Positions 41,834-56,000 of a stretch of 64,000 nucleotides of DNA are shown here, one piece after another. This DNA comes from Hyphochytrium catenoides. Taxonomy: Eukaryota; Protista; Hyphochytriomycota. The notes below the pieces were generated by a model. That model ran no database searches, had not been told where the DNA came from, and worked only from the letters and a program-made list of their open reading frames with translations. The position numbers were made by a program, and so were the translations under genes. Within the stretch, counting starts at the first letter, position 1; each line of letters begins with the position of its first letter. The stretch is taken from NCBI GenBank assembly GCA_900088475.1, contig FLMG01001544.1, forward strand, positions 15,450-79,449, in the 5' to 3' direction.

Positions 41834-44800
41834 CTAGGGATCTATCGCTAGCATGAGGATAGGAGAAGTCCTCGGTACCTCTGAGGCCTCAGCAGAGAGT
41901 CCAGCAGGTCGGTCAGCCTGCGTGCCGGAGGTTGACACATCGGAAGCGAGTGTCAAAGGAGACCGCAACCTATATCCAGCAAGGAAGTGACTTCCACTGC
42001 TCCCTCCTTGTTGGGCGCCGATGACAGCTATCCAATACAGGACCTCAGTCTTTGAGGTACCAATTTCGAAGTGTTGCAATGGAAGGGTCTTTTGCCAGGC
42101 CTCAGTCGCATTGCGTTTCGCCAACAGCACGTTGAGATATGGCAACCACTCGCTCGTCTGGCCTCGCTTCTCGATAGAATTGGTAAGCAGGGTGTACTCT
42201 TCCTCTACAAAGCCAGAATCTAGCACCTCTAACGCAATCGGAGAGAATGGAATCAAGTTGGAGAGATGCACCGCCCATTTTGACTCACGAGAGCTATTCC
42301 TATGAGCGTAAACTCGAGTTGTTCCTACAGTTCCGGCCAGCCTTGCTGATTCGAAAACTCGCTCATAGATATCCTGGCCGGGCCTCATCTGCCAGTAGAG
42401 TTTGGCTGCATTGGCTTCCAAGGTGAACAATAATCTCCCTGTCTTCGAAATATGATCATCGGAGAGTACATGGCCTATCAGCGCGACACTGTAATAGGCG
42501 TGCAGGGCTTCCCCTATCCTGTCCTGCCATTTCCCGTTACCATCATCCAGCTGATGAATACCTGAGGACCAAGAATGGAAGTCGAACCAGGAGAAGTGCC
42601 GAGTGGTTGGGAAGAAGGGATCAAGGGGTGACGGATTGGCTATGTCTCGCACAAGGGATAGGATGGCGCCCTTATGTTCATGGAGGAATTCTGTATTGAA
42701 CCGACTGACAACCGCAGCCGCAAAGAGAACATAACCATACTGGAAGTGCTGTAGATCAAACGATGCGCGACGTTAGTTTGAACTGCCGGGAATGCCGTCT
42801 GATGAAAACGCAGGACAGATCTTGTCAGGGGAACCAATTAGGGGAAGAGAACAGACCCGGTATAATTTGGGCCCCTACAGTTATATAAGGTCGGGTGATG
42901 AGATGGATAACTTTGAACGAGCGAGGCAATGGGACAAGAGTGTCATACGAGACAAGAGGACTAAGTAGAAGACGAGCAAAGGAGGGCTTACATGATCATT
43001 GTACCAGCCGTTCCCTCCATCTCTCATGTCTCGTATCGCACGTGTAGTCTTTGTGCCTTGTGTGGTGCAGATACCTCCCCACACTATATCGTACACGAAG
43101 GTATTAGATGACCCGAGCCACTTGGACAGAACGCTCTCCACAGGAAGTAGGATTCTGTCTCTCTCTTTGTAGCTCCCTATTTTCTCTGCGACTAGGGCAA
43201 TACGTGCTTGCCGGGCAAGCTGCCGAGCTACATCATAGAGGTCAGACTTGGATCTGGCATGGCGAGGGTATGGGACATAATCGTCAATTGGTAGTTCCTT
43301 GTCAAGCTCGAGGGCAGCACGAAGTCCTTCCTTCCTGGAGAAAGAACGAAACAGTGACATAGCGCGACGTTAGAAACGGCCACCATAAATAACGAGGTGA
43401 TGATTAGTGACCCCGTCGAAGGGAAACAAGCTTTCCCCAGAGAGGAGTGGTTGTAAGCTAGAGATAGAGCATCAGAGTGGAATAACAAAAGCAAGACACT
43501 GACCTGTAACCATCTATCTCCTCCAAAGTAGACCATGTTGGGAACATGAGCTTGATGTTGAACTCCCAAGTGTCCCCAAGAACTGCCGTCATATTTCCCT
43601 TTAAACAGCGATGACCAAGTGCAGCCAAGACTCTAGGAGCTGCTGACGGCTGGTTGAAGTTATCATAGTGGTGGGGCATTGCTAGCATCAACAAATCTCC
43701 AACTCCTCTTACGGTGTACTCGAATCGCACTCTAGCATAGGTCTGGCCATTGTCCTCATAGTAGCCAGTGAGGAGCTTCCCCTTACTAGGGTAGGCATTG
43801 GAATACGTATCCAGCACACGTATTGCTCTACGCCTTTGCTCCACGGTGGAGCAATGAGGGACCACCGCAGCTCTGAGTATCCCGTCATAATAGAGGTGAG
43901 TCTGCAAGAAATATAGGTCGCCTTCTTCTCCCGAACCTACTTCTCTTCCGACTAGAAGGTTAATCTGCCTATGTGTGTACAGCAGCCAGGTCTGACCGTT
44001 ATCCAGGGCTATCTCAAATCTCATTCCATGCAAATGCACTTCTGAGTCAGAGAGATTCCGGATATCATGGCCGTTAACTGTTAGAAAGCGAGAATGGGAG
44101 GAAATTCTAGGCGTTGCCCGATGGTACTTGACGGTAATGTAGGGAGAGCCGCGGACCAGGTGGACGCGAAGAATGCCCGGTCCCAATAGCCCATTGTCGT
44201 GGGTGGTAAACTTAAGGTTGGTGGAAAGATGAGCCATCGCATAAACCCGCCGTTTCTTTATCCGTTCTATAGATCCCACCACTAGATCGCCGCTAAACTG
44301 TTCTATAACAGATTCGGAGGTAGCCACCCGCCGTGTGTTACCATAAGAGACTTGAAGTCCATTATTGGTACACCTAACAGAGTAGGGAGACACAGTGACT
44401 TCGCCTAGACCTACAGTCGACAGAAGAAAGAGACATTAAGAAGCCAAATAACTTGGAAAGAATATCACCTCTGCGAAAGTAGGATAACAGTAGTGACGAT
44501 AGCCCAGCCAGTGGGCTGGGGGAACATATCCGAACGGGCAGAGGAGCAGCAAATGTAGCGTACGGGAAAGGATACCGTCCTGGAGTGACAAGGCAGTAAT
44601 GCTGGGAGATAAGTTCAGCAGAAGGAGAACTTAAGAAAGGGGAGTGAAAGACGGAGAGATAAGACAAAGGCCCACGGTCACAATAGGTTCTTGCGCTTGA
44701 GAGGAGGCAGGTCTTCCCTGCTTCCCAGGCTTACCCGCGTTGGATCCATCCACCTGAGCGACAATGAAGTTGTTCCACCACATGTTGGTTGGAATGGGAA

Positions 44801-45570
44801 TGGAGGAGCGAATCAGATTCGTGTTTCCTTCCAGGAATTGTGGCAGAACACGATTCTCTACCACGTGGAAGGGAGGGCGGGCTGTGCTGATTGCCTTGTT
44901 CGTATGACTGAAGTCTGCGGTGGGAGGGTGTGGCGATGTGGGAAGTGGACAAGACGTGAGGTGTTGGAAGGAGAGGGTTCTCGCAAAAAGCCAGAATTAT
45001 CAAAAATGGCGCATCAATATATCAACAGCATAGGACTCCGCCCATTGTTAAGGAAGACGCACTCGGACTCGGCACAATGGCAATGGCGGAGGCGATGGCG
45101 AGGCCTGGACCACGTTGTGTGCGATTGCTCTCTACAATCGTCAACGCCAGACTTACCACTGCGTACGGAGATGGTATAGACCACAAGAGCCACAGAAAAG
45201 ACAGCCGCTATTACACTGGAAATGATGATCAGGAAGGGTTTCCGTCGGTAAAGGATCACCTGAGATAAGTGGGCGGAGGTTGTGCGGATCACGTAAAGGA
45301 GAAAGAGGTTAGACAATGCGGATATGTTTCCAAGGGAGAGGAGCAAGGAAGGTAACGCTGAAGGGTCTAACGGGAGCTCATAATGGGTATTCGTTTGCCA
45401 AGGTAATAAAGTTTTTGTCAGGATCGTACAGGATCGTCAGCATCTTGGCTCGCCTCACTATCTCGTCCGGACAGCAAGGGTTGGATTTCCGTCATAAACT
45501 CTGGAGCAGGCGCGAATGTGACAGTCTTCCTCCTCTCCGCAGCCGGCGGCACTGAAGTACCCTCAGTCAT
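41834..45570 (-). CDS. Glycoside hydrolase family 81 endo-beta-1,3-glucanase-like protein, type II membrane anchored (3' end uncertain)
   Basis: PIPTNMWWNNF, LVRGSPYITV, LLMLAMPHH, LKGNMTAV, FVYDIVWGG, GNGWYNDH|HFQYGY, RDIANPS...FFPTTRHFSWFDFHSWSSG, TSKTEVLYW; TM PFLIIISSVIAAVFSVALVVYTI. Confidence 0.92.
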
Positions 45571-46853
45571 CTTGGGATATGCAGCCAACTGACTGGACAA
45601 AGCTCCTGCAGACTATCCTAGCTCATCGCGAGATAGTGGCTTGCCCACCTTTGGGCAAGGGAACTTTCAAGCTGTTGACACTAGTATAGGGAGCCTTTGG
45701 AAGCAAGGAGCAATGGATATCGTGCTTCCAAAGTACAACAAGCAGATGGCAGCACTTCCCTAGCAGTGCTCTCCTTCCACGCACTCCAGCTCAAGCAAAA
45801 GCTACAGCGGGGGTCGGATACCCACGCGACTTCCTCTTGGGAGCTGATGCTCCACCCTCACTGTCTCCGTGGGCCTCCTTCTTGGCACATATTGTCCTTC
45901 TTCGGCAGTAGCTGTCCGCATACTATTGCCTATCTGCATCTTCATATCATGAAGAGACAGACTTCCAGATGCCAAGCTCCAGCAAAGGAAAGATCATCAT
46001 GAGGAAGATGCAAAAACCTGCTGAGGTTGACCCTGCCAAATGAAGAATCATCTAGAAGAATCAACATGTTGATTAATCACTGAGCTGAGGAGAAGTTCAA
46101 AGCAGCAAGCCAGCAGCTGTCGCTCTTCTTGAAGGAAACTGTCAGTTTGGTGCTTTCTCGAGGGAGCGATGATGCGGCGATGGCCTCTAGACTAGTTCTT
46201 TATGGGCCTCAGCAAGTCAGCAAGCTCTGAGGACAGTTTCTGCTCGAGATATAAGGGTCTTGCAGCTGCATCAAGGCAGCCGGCTCTCGGTGATACCCTG
46301 TAGACAATCTACTTCTGTTCATCAAAGGCTGATTAGGCTGAGTGAGCACTATGCACAGCTCGAATATAGGGCATCGATGTGCGCTAGTAGTATGGGGCAC
46401 GGATGGCGCTAGAGCCTCTGTTGCGAGGAAGCAACAGTAACTGAGGGTTCTGATTGCACAAGGCACAATGGTGGGTACTGGATGCAAGGCGAGACTAGGG
46501 ACATAGAAGCATAATATACTGTTTATCGGTAGAAACGGAAAGGCTCAGTGGAGCTTTCATCACCGAAAGGGAGTGCTTGGTAATTACTTCTGGGTGACCC
46601 CCAAGCGAGTCTGTCTTGGTTCGATGAGGGAAGCCGATAACGGGGAAGGCCTCAACGCTCAATCATACCCTTAACTCTTCCAGCCAGCGGTCCCAACCCG
46701 TTGGAGTGATGCCTGGACCCTTGCTTCCCTCCTGTCATAAATCCAACTAGGGTGGCGAAGACCGAGTATGGCTCTGGTCCGCCACCCCTGACAGTCCTAA
46801 GTAGGGGTCCCATCAGTTATACGCATCCGTGAGCTCACGTCGATCATGCCTAA

Positions 46854-49800
46854 CTAGTTAGGCACGTCACCCGTGGAACCCTGACGAGGCATCACCGGGC
46901 CTGGCAAGGAGATCGGCGTCTCCACTCCAAAGCGTGCAACCTCTATCTCCTTCGGCTTGATAGTTGACTCTCTCTTTTTGTGCGGCCCCTTCGATGGAGA
47001 TGGTGGACCTCGCGCTTGATCCAATAAGACCTCCAACTGCCTCACAATCTCGGTGAAAGGCAATCTCTCATTCCATTCTGGCTTCCAGGTATTCTGGAAC
47101 AGGCTCTTCAAATCATCGGGCCAGGTGTCGACCAGGGGAGGCCGAAGATTGTGCTGAGTCACGCCTGCAACCACTTCCATCACTGTGAGCTCCTGGAAGG
47201 GTTCTGACCAAGTCATCACTTCCCATAGGATGATAGAAAAGGAGAAGATGTCACACCCGTACTGGTATCGTTGACCCGTAAGAACCTAGGCAATGCAACG
47301 GCGGAAGGTCAAACAATAAAGAGGGAAGGTGTCAGCTGAGCGTAAAGTGACGCTTCACGAATTGCTTGGATACAAAGGGAATATGAAGTAAACAGAGATG
47401 ACCAGCGCGGCTTAACACGACAAACAGGGAGACAGAAAACCTCTCACGTCTCTTCGTGGGCTCTGTCTGAAGAATTCTCGGACTCACCTCTGGAGCACAC
47501 CACAGGGGACTGCCGCACTGCGTCATAGTCTTCGTCGAGTCTGTGATGCGGCTCATGCCGAAGTCCCCAACTTTGGCCGTTAGATCTCTTTTAAGCCAGA
47601 CATTCTGACATAGCAAGAAGGTGTGAGGACTAAGAGCTTTTTGCCTCTACTATATTTCTTATCGGCGTCTGCTCTCGAGATTTCTCCGCTATGAGTGTGA
47701 CCTCTGCCAGACGGGATCCTCTCCAGTTATCTTTCCCCTACCTTCTTTCTCGCCTGCCCGTACCTGCACCGGCCCAAACCCTTATCATCATCGCCCCGTT
47801 CACTTACCTGGCTCTTCAGATCCCTATGGATGATTTCCTTCTGATGAAGGTATTTCATTCCCTTTGCGATATCCAGCCCTATACTGAGTCCCTTCATGTA
47901 GTGGTCTGGCTGAGGTCTCATCTGAGTATGATAAAAGTCCCACAGGCTGCCACCTTCCATCAGCTCTGTAGCAATAAGAAGCTTTGGTGGCTGTTCCAGG
48001 CTGCCAATAAGGGCTACTAGATTTGGATGGTCTAACTGTCTCATGATATTGACCTATAGGGAAGGAAAGGAGATGGCCAATCAGACCAAGGAAGCAATTG
48101 TTAGTAAGGACTTCGAAAAAGGGAGACCTAAGGTATCCAAATTAAAGGCAGACGACAAGGGCGGGGCGAACGAGACATCTCTACAAGGTTAGGTACTGAC
48201 AAGAAAGATTGTCAACGGGTGTCATAGATCACCGGCAAAAATAGGGAATACAAGGAAGAGATAGATAGCGTAGGCGGAAGAGGAAGAGGGATATGAGTAG
48301 GTCGAAATTCTTTATACGCCTGTTACCTCCTTATGGAACTCGTCCAGAATTTCTGTCTTCACTCCGTCAACAAAGAGCTGCTTCACAGCAACCTTAATCT
48401 GACCTTGGTAGATGCCCTCAAAGACAGTGCCTGACAACGCATCAAGAGGAAGGTGATGACTCGATACTAACACCGGGAGAAGAGGAAGATGACTGTTGTG
48501 GCAGAACAAGATTGAACTAGAGATAGAGAGGGGAAATGGCACACAACTTCACCTGAGGCGCCTTCACCAATCTTGTAGCCTAACTCTAAGTCCGCTTCGG
48601 AAAGGGTCCCTATAACTCGTTCCTCCTTTTCAGGGTTCGGTCCTTCCTTCACCGGGGCCTTCGGATAGACAACTAGCGATTCCCAGCCATCAACCCCTAT
48701 GAAGCTCTTGGCCATGCCGTCAATTTGCCTAATAATTGTCTTGAAGGTGGGACGGGCGTTGGGCCGCGGGTCCCAGCAAGCTTCCTGGAATAGATTACAA
48801 GAGAGATACCGAGAGTGGAGAGACGGAGACAGGGTCACCGTTAAAGGGTACGTTGTAACTAGACTGAGAGCGAACGCATAGTGAATTCGAAAAGCGATCA
48901 AGTGACCGCACGATGCATATAGTACTGAACGAAATAGAACAGGCTTACTGGAGGCACAAAGCTCCCGCAGTAGAATCGAAGCCGAGGATGGATGGATGGC
49001 CAAGTGGCAACAGCGACGAGACGTCAAGGCTGGAAGGTTTTTGCTCACCATCAGGCTCTTGACCGTGTTATAAGTTGGCCCCAAAATCTCAGCCTCTGCT
49101 ATTGGTTTCCCCTCCATTTTCAGCGCTAACAAGTCCAGTGGTCTGATACCTTTCATCACTTGAAGCGCAACAGCATCGCCTGGGATATCCTCGTACGGAA
49201 CCCGACGGAAGATGACTTCAAACATCACGATCCCAAAGGAGTAGACCTGGAGGACAAGATTTTAACGGGAGATATATTGCACATGCGTTGAAAAGAGAGG
49301 AAAGACGTAGAACCTAGAACGATAAGACATAGCACAACTGAAGAAAATGAAAAGGTAATTCTCAGAACCTATCCTTAGCTGACAGGAGGGGATGGTGGAC
49401 GACAATCATACAATGGAGAGCAAGAGAGAATAACCGCTGAACACTTTGCCAATCAGACTCACATCAGCCTGTTTTGTGCTTTCCTCTCCAGAGAAGATCT
49501 CAGGGGCTCCCCAGAGCAAACTGCCAACTGGGATCACTCGATTTTGCCCCTTCTTTTCTCTTTTAGTCAAAGTGTTGAGTCCAAAATCAGAAATCTTGCA
49601 CCTCCAGTTACTGTCCACAAGGACATTGGGCGTCTTAAAGTCTCCGTGAATGATTGGAGGGGAGTGCTCATGTAGAAAACCCATTCCCCTGGCTATATCC
49701 ATCAGAATATTGAAGATCATGGACCATTCCAATTCAAGCTTATTTCCAGAATGCAGCAGATTATAAAGAGAGCCTCGGCCGAGGAGTTCCATCACCAGTA

Positions 49801-52800
49801 AGGGCGGAGAGATGCAGAAGCCCATAAGCATAACCTGTGAGCGAGAGAGCAAATTTCGATAACGTTAATGGACACAATGAATAGAGATGAGGGACCCCCA
49901 TGGCTCTTGAGGAAGAGAGATGCAATTCAGATAGCTCAAGGATACGAAAAGACGCGTGGGAGCACGGACATTCACGGAGCGGGGTATTAAATCGCAAAAG
50001 AGCTTGAAGTGTGTAGAGAGACGATTCGGGGTTATGGAAGTGGTGACAGAGAAGGCCTCACGATATTAGGGTGATGCAGCTCTGCCATAGTTGCAACTTC
50101 GGAGCCAAAGCTCTCCATCACTTCCTCCCCAATCGAGGAACGGAGCTTCTTGATGGCGACTGCAGTGTGCTTGTAGGTTCCCTTCATGACCTCACCATAG
50201 CTACCGGCACCCAAAGACTGAAAAATTTCAAGCTCACTGCAATAAAGTGAGAGAACGGAGAGAAAAGGGCAACGGAGAGAGGTCATGGCGGGTAATGACC
50301 AGGATTGAAGAAAAGAAAGGGCGGTGCTATGGACAACGGCCCCTTAGAGACTCGTAAGCAGCGGCGCAAAAGGCTAAAGACGTAGCTAGTCTTGAAGACC
50401 GAGGCGAGGAATGTGCTAGTCATAAAGCAATCGTCCACCTAGTATCCTAACCACGATATCTGCTTCACCTAGCCAGTCCCCACAGCTTTTGACCTACCTG
50501 TATCGGATCTGATAGGTCTTTGACACAGCCAAGACCTTCTTAGCTATTTTTTCTCCGTATTTGAGAACCCAGAGCTTTGGGAAAATCAAAGTGCCAATCA
50601 CACTGATGGTACCCCAGATTACGAGCACGCAGGTGATCAAATAGCTTGCGCGGGGCCGGAGTTGACAACCGAAGACGGCAAATTGTCCGAATAGAGCCGT
50701 AATGACGAAATTATACACCGTAAGAAGCAAGTTCCGGTCGATTGGGACGGCTCGATCTGCTTGGTAGGTAACATAGGCTAGGGCCAAGAGCAGCAGCGCC
50801 TTCGCTGTAACAGCTAAGATGTAAGGCACCCCCGCCGAGCAAACGTCCTCTTCTATCACGTAAACTGATTGCAGGTTAGGAATAGGCTCCGAAATCAAGG
50901 GAGATCCAAGTTGATAAGCTATGAAGAAGAATATGTCAAAGACAACCAGGCTGAAGACCAGAAAGTTGTTTAGGCCGTTCCCATTCTTTACGGCAATCTC
51001 AAACGTTCGATCCACTCTAATGAGGTCATGGATAGTTCTTCTTCTCTCCTCTTCGGTCTGGTTCTTTTTGGGGGCCGGGCTGACTACTCCCCACTTTGGA
51101 GCGGAACCTATAAGGCTGTGATGCATGAGAATGAAGCCCCCAACAATGAAGTCCCCAGCAATACAGAGAAAGAGAGGACGAATGGTGCAGAGGAGCGATG
51201 TAGGTTCCCCTGCGTTGATGAAGATAAACACCATGGCGATGATGCAGCCAATGGTAATCTGGGTTAGATGAGCTTGATTGCATCCCGCCCATCCAGGCAA
51301 TCGCCAGTAACGGATAATGCCCACCAGAGCAACGAGTAGTACAAGTAGAAGAGTAGCGGCGACAGTAGAGAATAGAATGGCAGGGATGGAGTTGATGGGG
51401 ACATAGGAGCACTCAATGGCATATGAAGACTTTTGATCTGGGTAGCATGAAGCGTTATCTGCCCCGTGGTAAGAGAGCAGAACCCGCCTCCTGACGTGAG
51501 CGTCACAGGGAGCGAGCGACACAGAGTACGAAGAAAGACTGCAGAACGGCCCTGCAAGGAGCACGAAGAAAGAGTAGGGATGAGTCTCGTGAACTGGCTG
51601 ATTCCACGTAAAGTAGAGGCCCCATACAAGGCTGGGTGATTGTCGTCAACAGCAAGAAAGGAAGCTCAAACAAAGAAAAGAAGCTAACAGCAAGATAGAA
51701 AAGCTGACACCTCCACAACAGGAGAAAAATGAGCGAAGAAGAGAGTTCGAGTGGCGGCGGGGAATCATATGAGCAAAATAGACCACAGTAAGGAATCGTC
51801 CATGACAGGAGCAATACGTGAGAGTGTGTGCCATGAGCGGATGAAAAAGGAAGTAGGGGCTTGGTTTGACCGAGGTTGGTCCAGGACTTACTTGACAGTG
51901 CGGAGCAGTTGGCTTCCAGATTTCCCACAGAGGTGAACGCACGGGCTACGGCGTGGCGACGGACTTCGGAGTCTGCCTTATAACAGATGGGGGAGAGAGA
52001 CAACCGGATCAGTGACGTTGCAGAGCAGTTGACTCCTGTCACTCGTTGATAGCGGCTACGTGGAAAGAAAAGTCAAGGTCGATTAGATTGGGCAAAAGAC
52101 TAAAGCTGGCTTATGAAGTCGGTGCACAAGTAAGCGCGGCGCTTTCGAAAACGGGTCAGATGAAAGAAAGCCTCTGAATGGGGGTTGAACACAAAATAAC
52201 GAAGAGAATTTCATGTAGGGTATGGGTGTTATATCCTATAACAACCCACCTAACTGAGAGAACAAAAAGGTTGCTCTCTCCCACTTGCTTCAAATCCCAT
52301 GTGGCTCCTCCCTTGAGGCAACGTCCTGCTCCTTCTTGAAGAGCTCCAGAAGCTTCAGACAGCTGCAAATGTCCTCCTTCAACCTTAAGGGCACCCTTAG
52401 CCTGTAGAGCTAGAGCCAGATCAGGCTCCACATCTCCTAGGGATAGAGGGGGGGACTCTTTGTGCAGTGGTTGTTCACGCCTGAAAGAAGAACGTAGGTA
52501 GGAGGCACCACAGAGATTAGTGAGGAAGAAACAGGATAACAAAAGTCACGGAAAAATAACGGAGAAGGTGTAGGGCTGTCAAATCTTTCTATAGGGCTTT
52601 CTTCCCTCTCATTCTACGACGCTTACCAGTCAGGGTGATAGACTAGTGAAGCCTCATTCGTAAGTAGGAAGCACAAGGGCAACGAACTTTCTTGAGTTGC
52701 GAGCAACGTAGACGATGATGAACAGCGACTGACATCCACCAGAGGCGAACCCGTCACAAAGAAAGACCATGTTTGGGTGTATGTAGCCACCCCAATGATG

Positions 52801-52999
52801 GAAGGCTCATACCCTACGGCACGAGCCCACACCGGGCGACTAATTGATACACTTCATACATGGGAGATGATAAGTGATTCGGCGAGAAAGGAGTGAGGAC
52901 AAAGGAAGATAGCAATAGAGAGCATAGTCAGGTGGGAGATTAGATTTTGGTCTAAACGATAGGGACTATGCTTTGAAGGAGAGTTGCTGCTTGCCTCTC

Positions 53000-53060
<61 letters not shown>

Positions 53061-56000
53061 TATACACACACACGCTCTTTCTCTCTCTCCAGCTTTGCGT
53101 GACCTCGTGCTTCTTACATTGGGACTTGCATGGTCGAGTCATAGGTCGTCGGCGTAACTTGGTAGCTGTACTTGGAAGCGTATCGAAGTGCCTGGCGATA
53201 GGCTGCAGAGGATGGAGGCGGTATTTATAGCAACAACGTGAGTTAGAAACGGAACCTAAGATTTTCCTAGGGCAGAAGATAAGGCCGATATCTGAGTAAC
53301 AAACTTCAAGCACGATGTAAAGCCTGCAAGATGTTCACGTAAGGATAGGAATGGTAACTCACCTCTTTCTTCACGCGGATCCCCTAAACAACCATTCGGC
53401 ATGGAGTGCCGAGGCAAAACACAGGTCGGAGCAACAGATGGGAGGTGAGACAATCAGAAGGATAGATAATTAGCCATCAGGGCACAGGTCTAGCAATGCT
53501 TTCGGCTTACAATAGACAGATTTGGTCACTAGTCCAGGATACTGGAAGACGACACCGCCTGTAGTTGTCAGAGAGAAACGAAGAAATTCGTCCAGATCTC
53601 CAGCCGCTATTGCTGCCTTCGCTGTGGGATAGAGAGATGACAGGAGGCGTGCATCCTCTAAGCACTGGGAGCTTAAGCCTGGGTTCACACTGAAGCCTTG
53701 ACTATTGATCAGCTGATGCAGGTTCTTTACCAAATCGCCCGGTGAAAGCTGTATGTACAACCCACATTTAGCGGACGCATAGGTTTGGGAGTACGGGTAA
53801 GAGACAACAAGGCTGACCTCAGCGCTTGAGAGAAAAGGCAACCGTGATAGGCCCCAAAGGAGACAGAGATACATCGAACTAGACCAGCAAGAATACGAAT
53901 AGTGCGTCCTACCTCCTTTCTTATGCCAACTTCCTGTGGGATTCGGAAGCAGTATTCTCCAAAGGACACGGCGGGCCAGGAAGAAGCAGTCCCCAACTTG
54001 AGACGTCGCGGCTCGCAGATGCATGCTCCGGAACAGCTTGGACATGTGCTATCTGCCCTACAGTCTTGGAAAGCTGCGTCCCCGACTTGACAGTTATTAA
54101 GGTTGTAGACAACCTGGCTTGGCACAGAGTACGAGTTATGCAGACGTGCTTGTCAGAGGGCCGAATACATAATCAACACAAATAGAAAGCAATGCGCCAT
54201 TTGTCAAGCTCTGGAGATGTCAGGTTCAATCGGAGTTTCCAATCGCGGCCCTGCCTTCCAGTTCTTTCTCCCCTGTTTTTCTCTTCACTTAAAATGGTCT
54301 TTGTCTCGTCCTCTTTCTCACCTTGTCTGTCGGGAGACTGCTCAATAACGGACTCCTGGAGCCTGCCCCTTTGGCTTCTACAGGGACTAAAGAAGAGAGC
54401 TCCCCATCATAGAGTTGAAGGTTGGTTCCCAGCAATGTCTGGCCTGCGTCTACATTCGCGCACAGTGAAGGCCAGAGAAGCAGTCAGCGACGCCAAACAC
54501 GCTAAAACTTAAGGCTGCCAAGTATGAGAGATGGTATTGACAGAAGAACAACATTAAACATTCGTCTCTGCTGAAGGGCAGGACAAAGACGTCAAAACTG
54601 CTATCAAGACTATGGGACAAGAGAAGAGAGAGGAATGCAAGGCAGGGGAGTGTTGGGAAAACTGTATACACTGGCTGAATGACTAACTTACCCGTAGCCA
54701 AAGCCATAGGGCGCACTCTGTAGACAGCCGGTCTGACGGAAACGACGCCCACAACATATTCTGATTGTAGAATCGAAATCCGCTTCCATACATAAAGCTT
54801 CTCTCCGTTGCTAGAAGACTGAACTTCACTTTGGGCAGAGATGAGCAAAGGGAGGACGGAGGACGCAAAGCCCCCTTCCACCTCAAGCTCAGAGATATGA
54901 ACGCCCAGCGAGTTGTTTGACAAGCGAGGGTGATAGAGCGCAGTTCCTTGAGTAAAGACAAGCTTAGAAAGACTATCTAGAAGGGTTAATCCAATGCTGG
55001 CCGCGCCATCGATGAGGTGTACAGAACTCGGGTAGAATAGGTGGGTAAGATTGAAGATATATCCTGACAGAACGTGAAGGTGTCGAAGAGGGCCAGATAG
55101 ATAGAAGCGGGAGAAGTAGGTCTGACAGAAAGAAAGGGAGGATAAGAAGCAGGCCACGAAGTACTCAAGCTTTGTCAACTATGGTCATAATGGGCATCTA
55201 CCTGAAGGGAGGAGGACGAAGGGGTAGGAGGATTGGAGAGCGTAAGGATGGAGCAGCTGCAAGAGCGGGATGATAGAGATATCAAGTCCAGCAACGCCCA
55301 GAAAGGCTGAAGTTCCAGGATCTTTCACTTGCGCCAAAACCGACAAGAAGGAAGCTTCGCTTTCCGTCTCCCTTCGCATGTCCCCTCTTAGGCCATTTCC
55401 TACTACTATATCGGCCTGTTCTTCTTCTTCTGACCTCGCAATTCTCAGTGCATAATCCACTGAAGATAGCACAGAGGAAGCGGACTGCAACGGGTAGAAT
55501 TGGCCCTGATTTGAACAGGATAGACGTTGAAGGAGAGGCAGCTCTGGACTTTCTGGATGACTGAATGCGAATATGTGGGCTTTCTGTGTGTTTGCCCCTG
55601 CCACGGAGGCAAAGAAGCTCATTTCTGAGAGTTGTTCTCTCTCGCTAGCTTCAAAGTCAAAGAGACGCTTTACCGTGGAGTTACCAGCTACCAGGGTGAT
55701 AACTGGGGAGTAGGGAGAAGAGTGAGAGTCAAGAAATTGTGCTATGCTCCTGAATAGGAATGGAAGACAGGTGCTCAGAGGCTTAGGAGAGATATCTTGG
55801 TGTGGTAAGGTACGGATGTACTTGATGGCCTTCCACTTGGTGCTACCAGGGTAAAGTCCCAGTACGTTATCGTCCAAAGCTATAGAGGACATATTGGAGA
55901 CTGTGCATGTCAGGTTGCGAAAAACAGGAGAGCATCCAGTCTCACTGCTGTCTAGTCTCAAAATCGCATAATAGTCCTCGTTCCCCAGAGTTGCTAGGAG

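Noticed and set aside
45600-46850. ORFs 45697-46002 and 46209-46487
   Set aside because: No motifs; probably the 3' UTR of the receptor gene and the promoter of GH81
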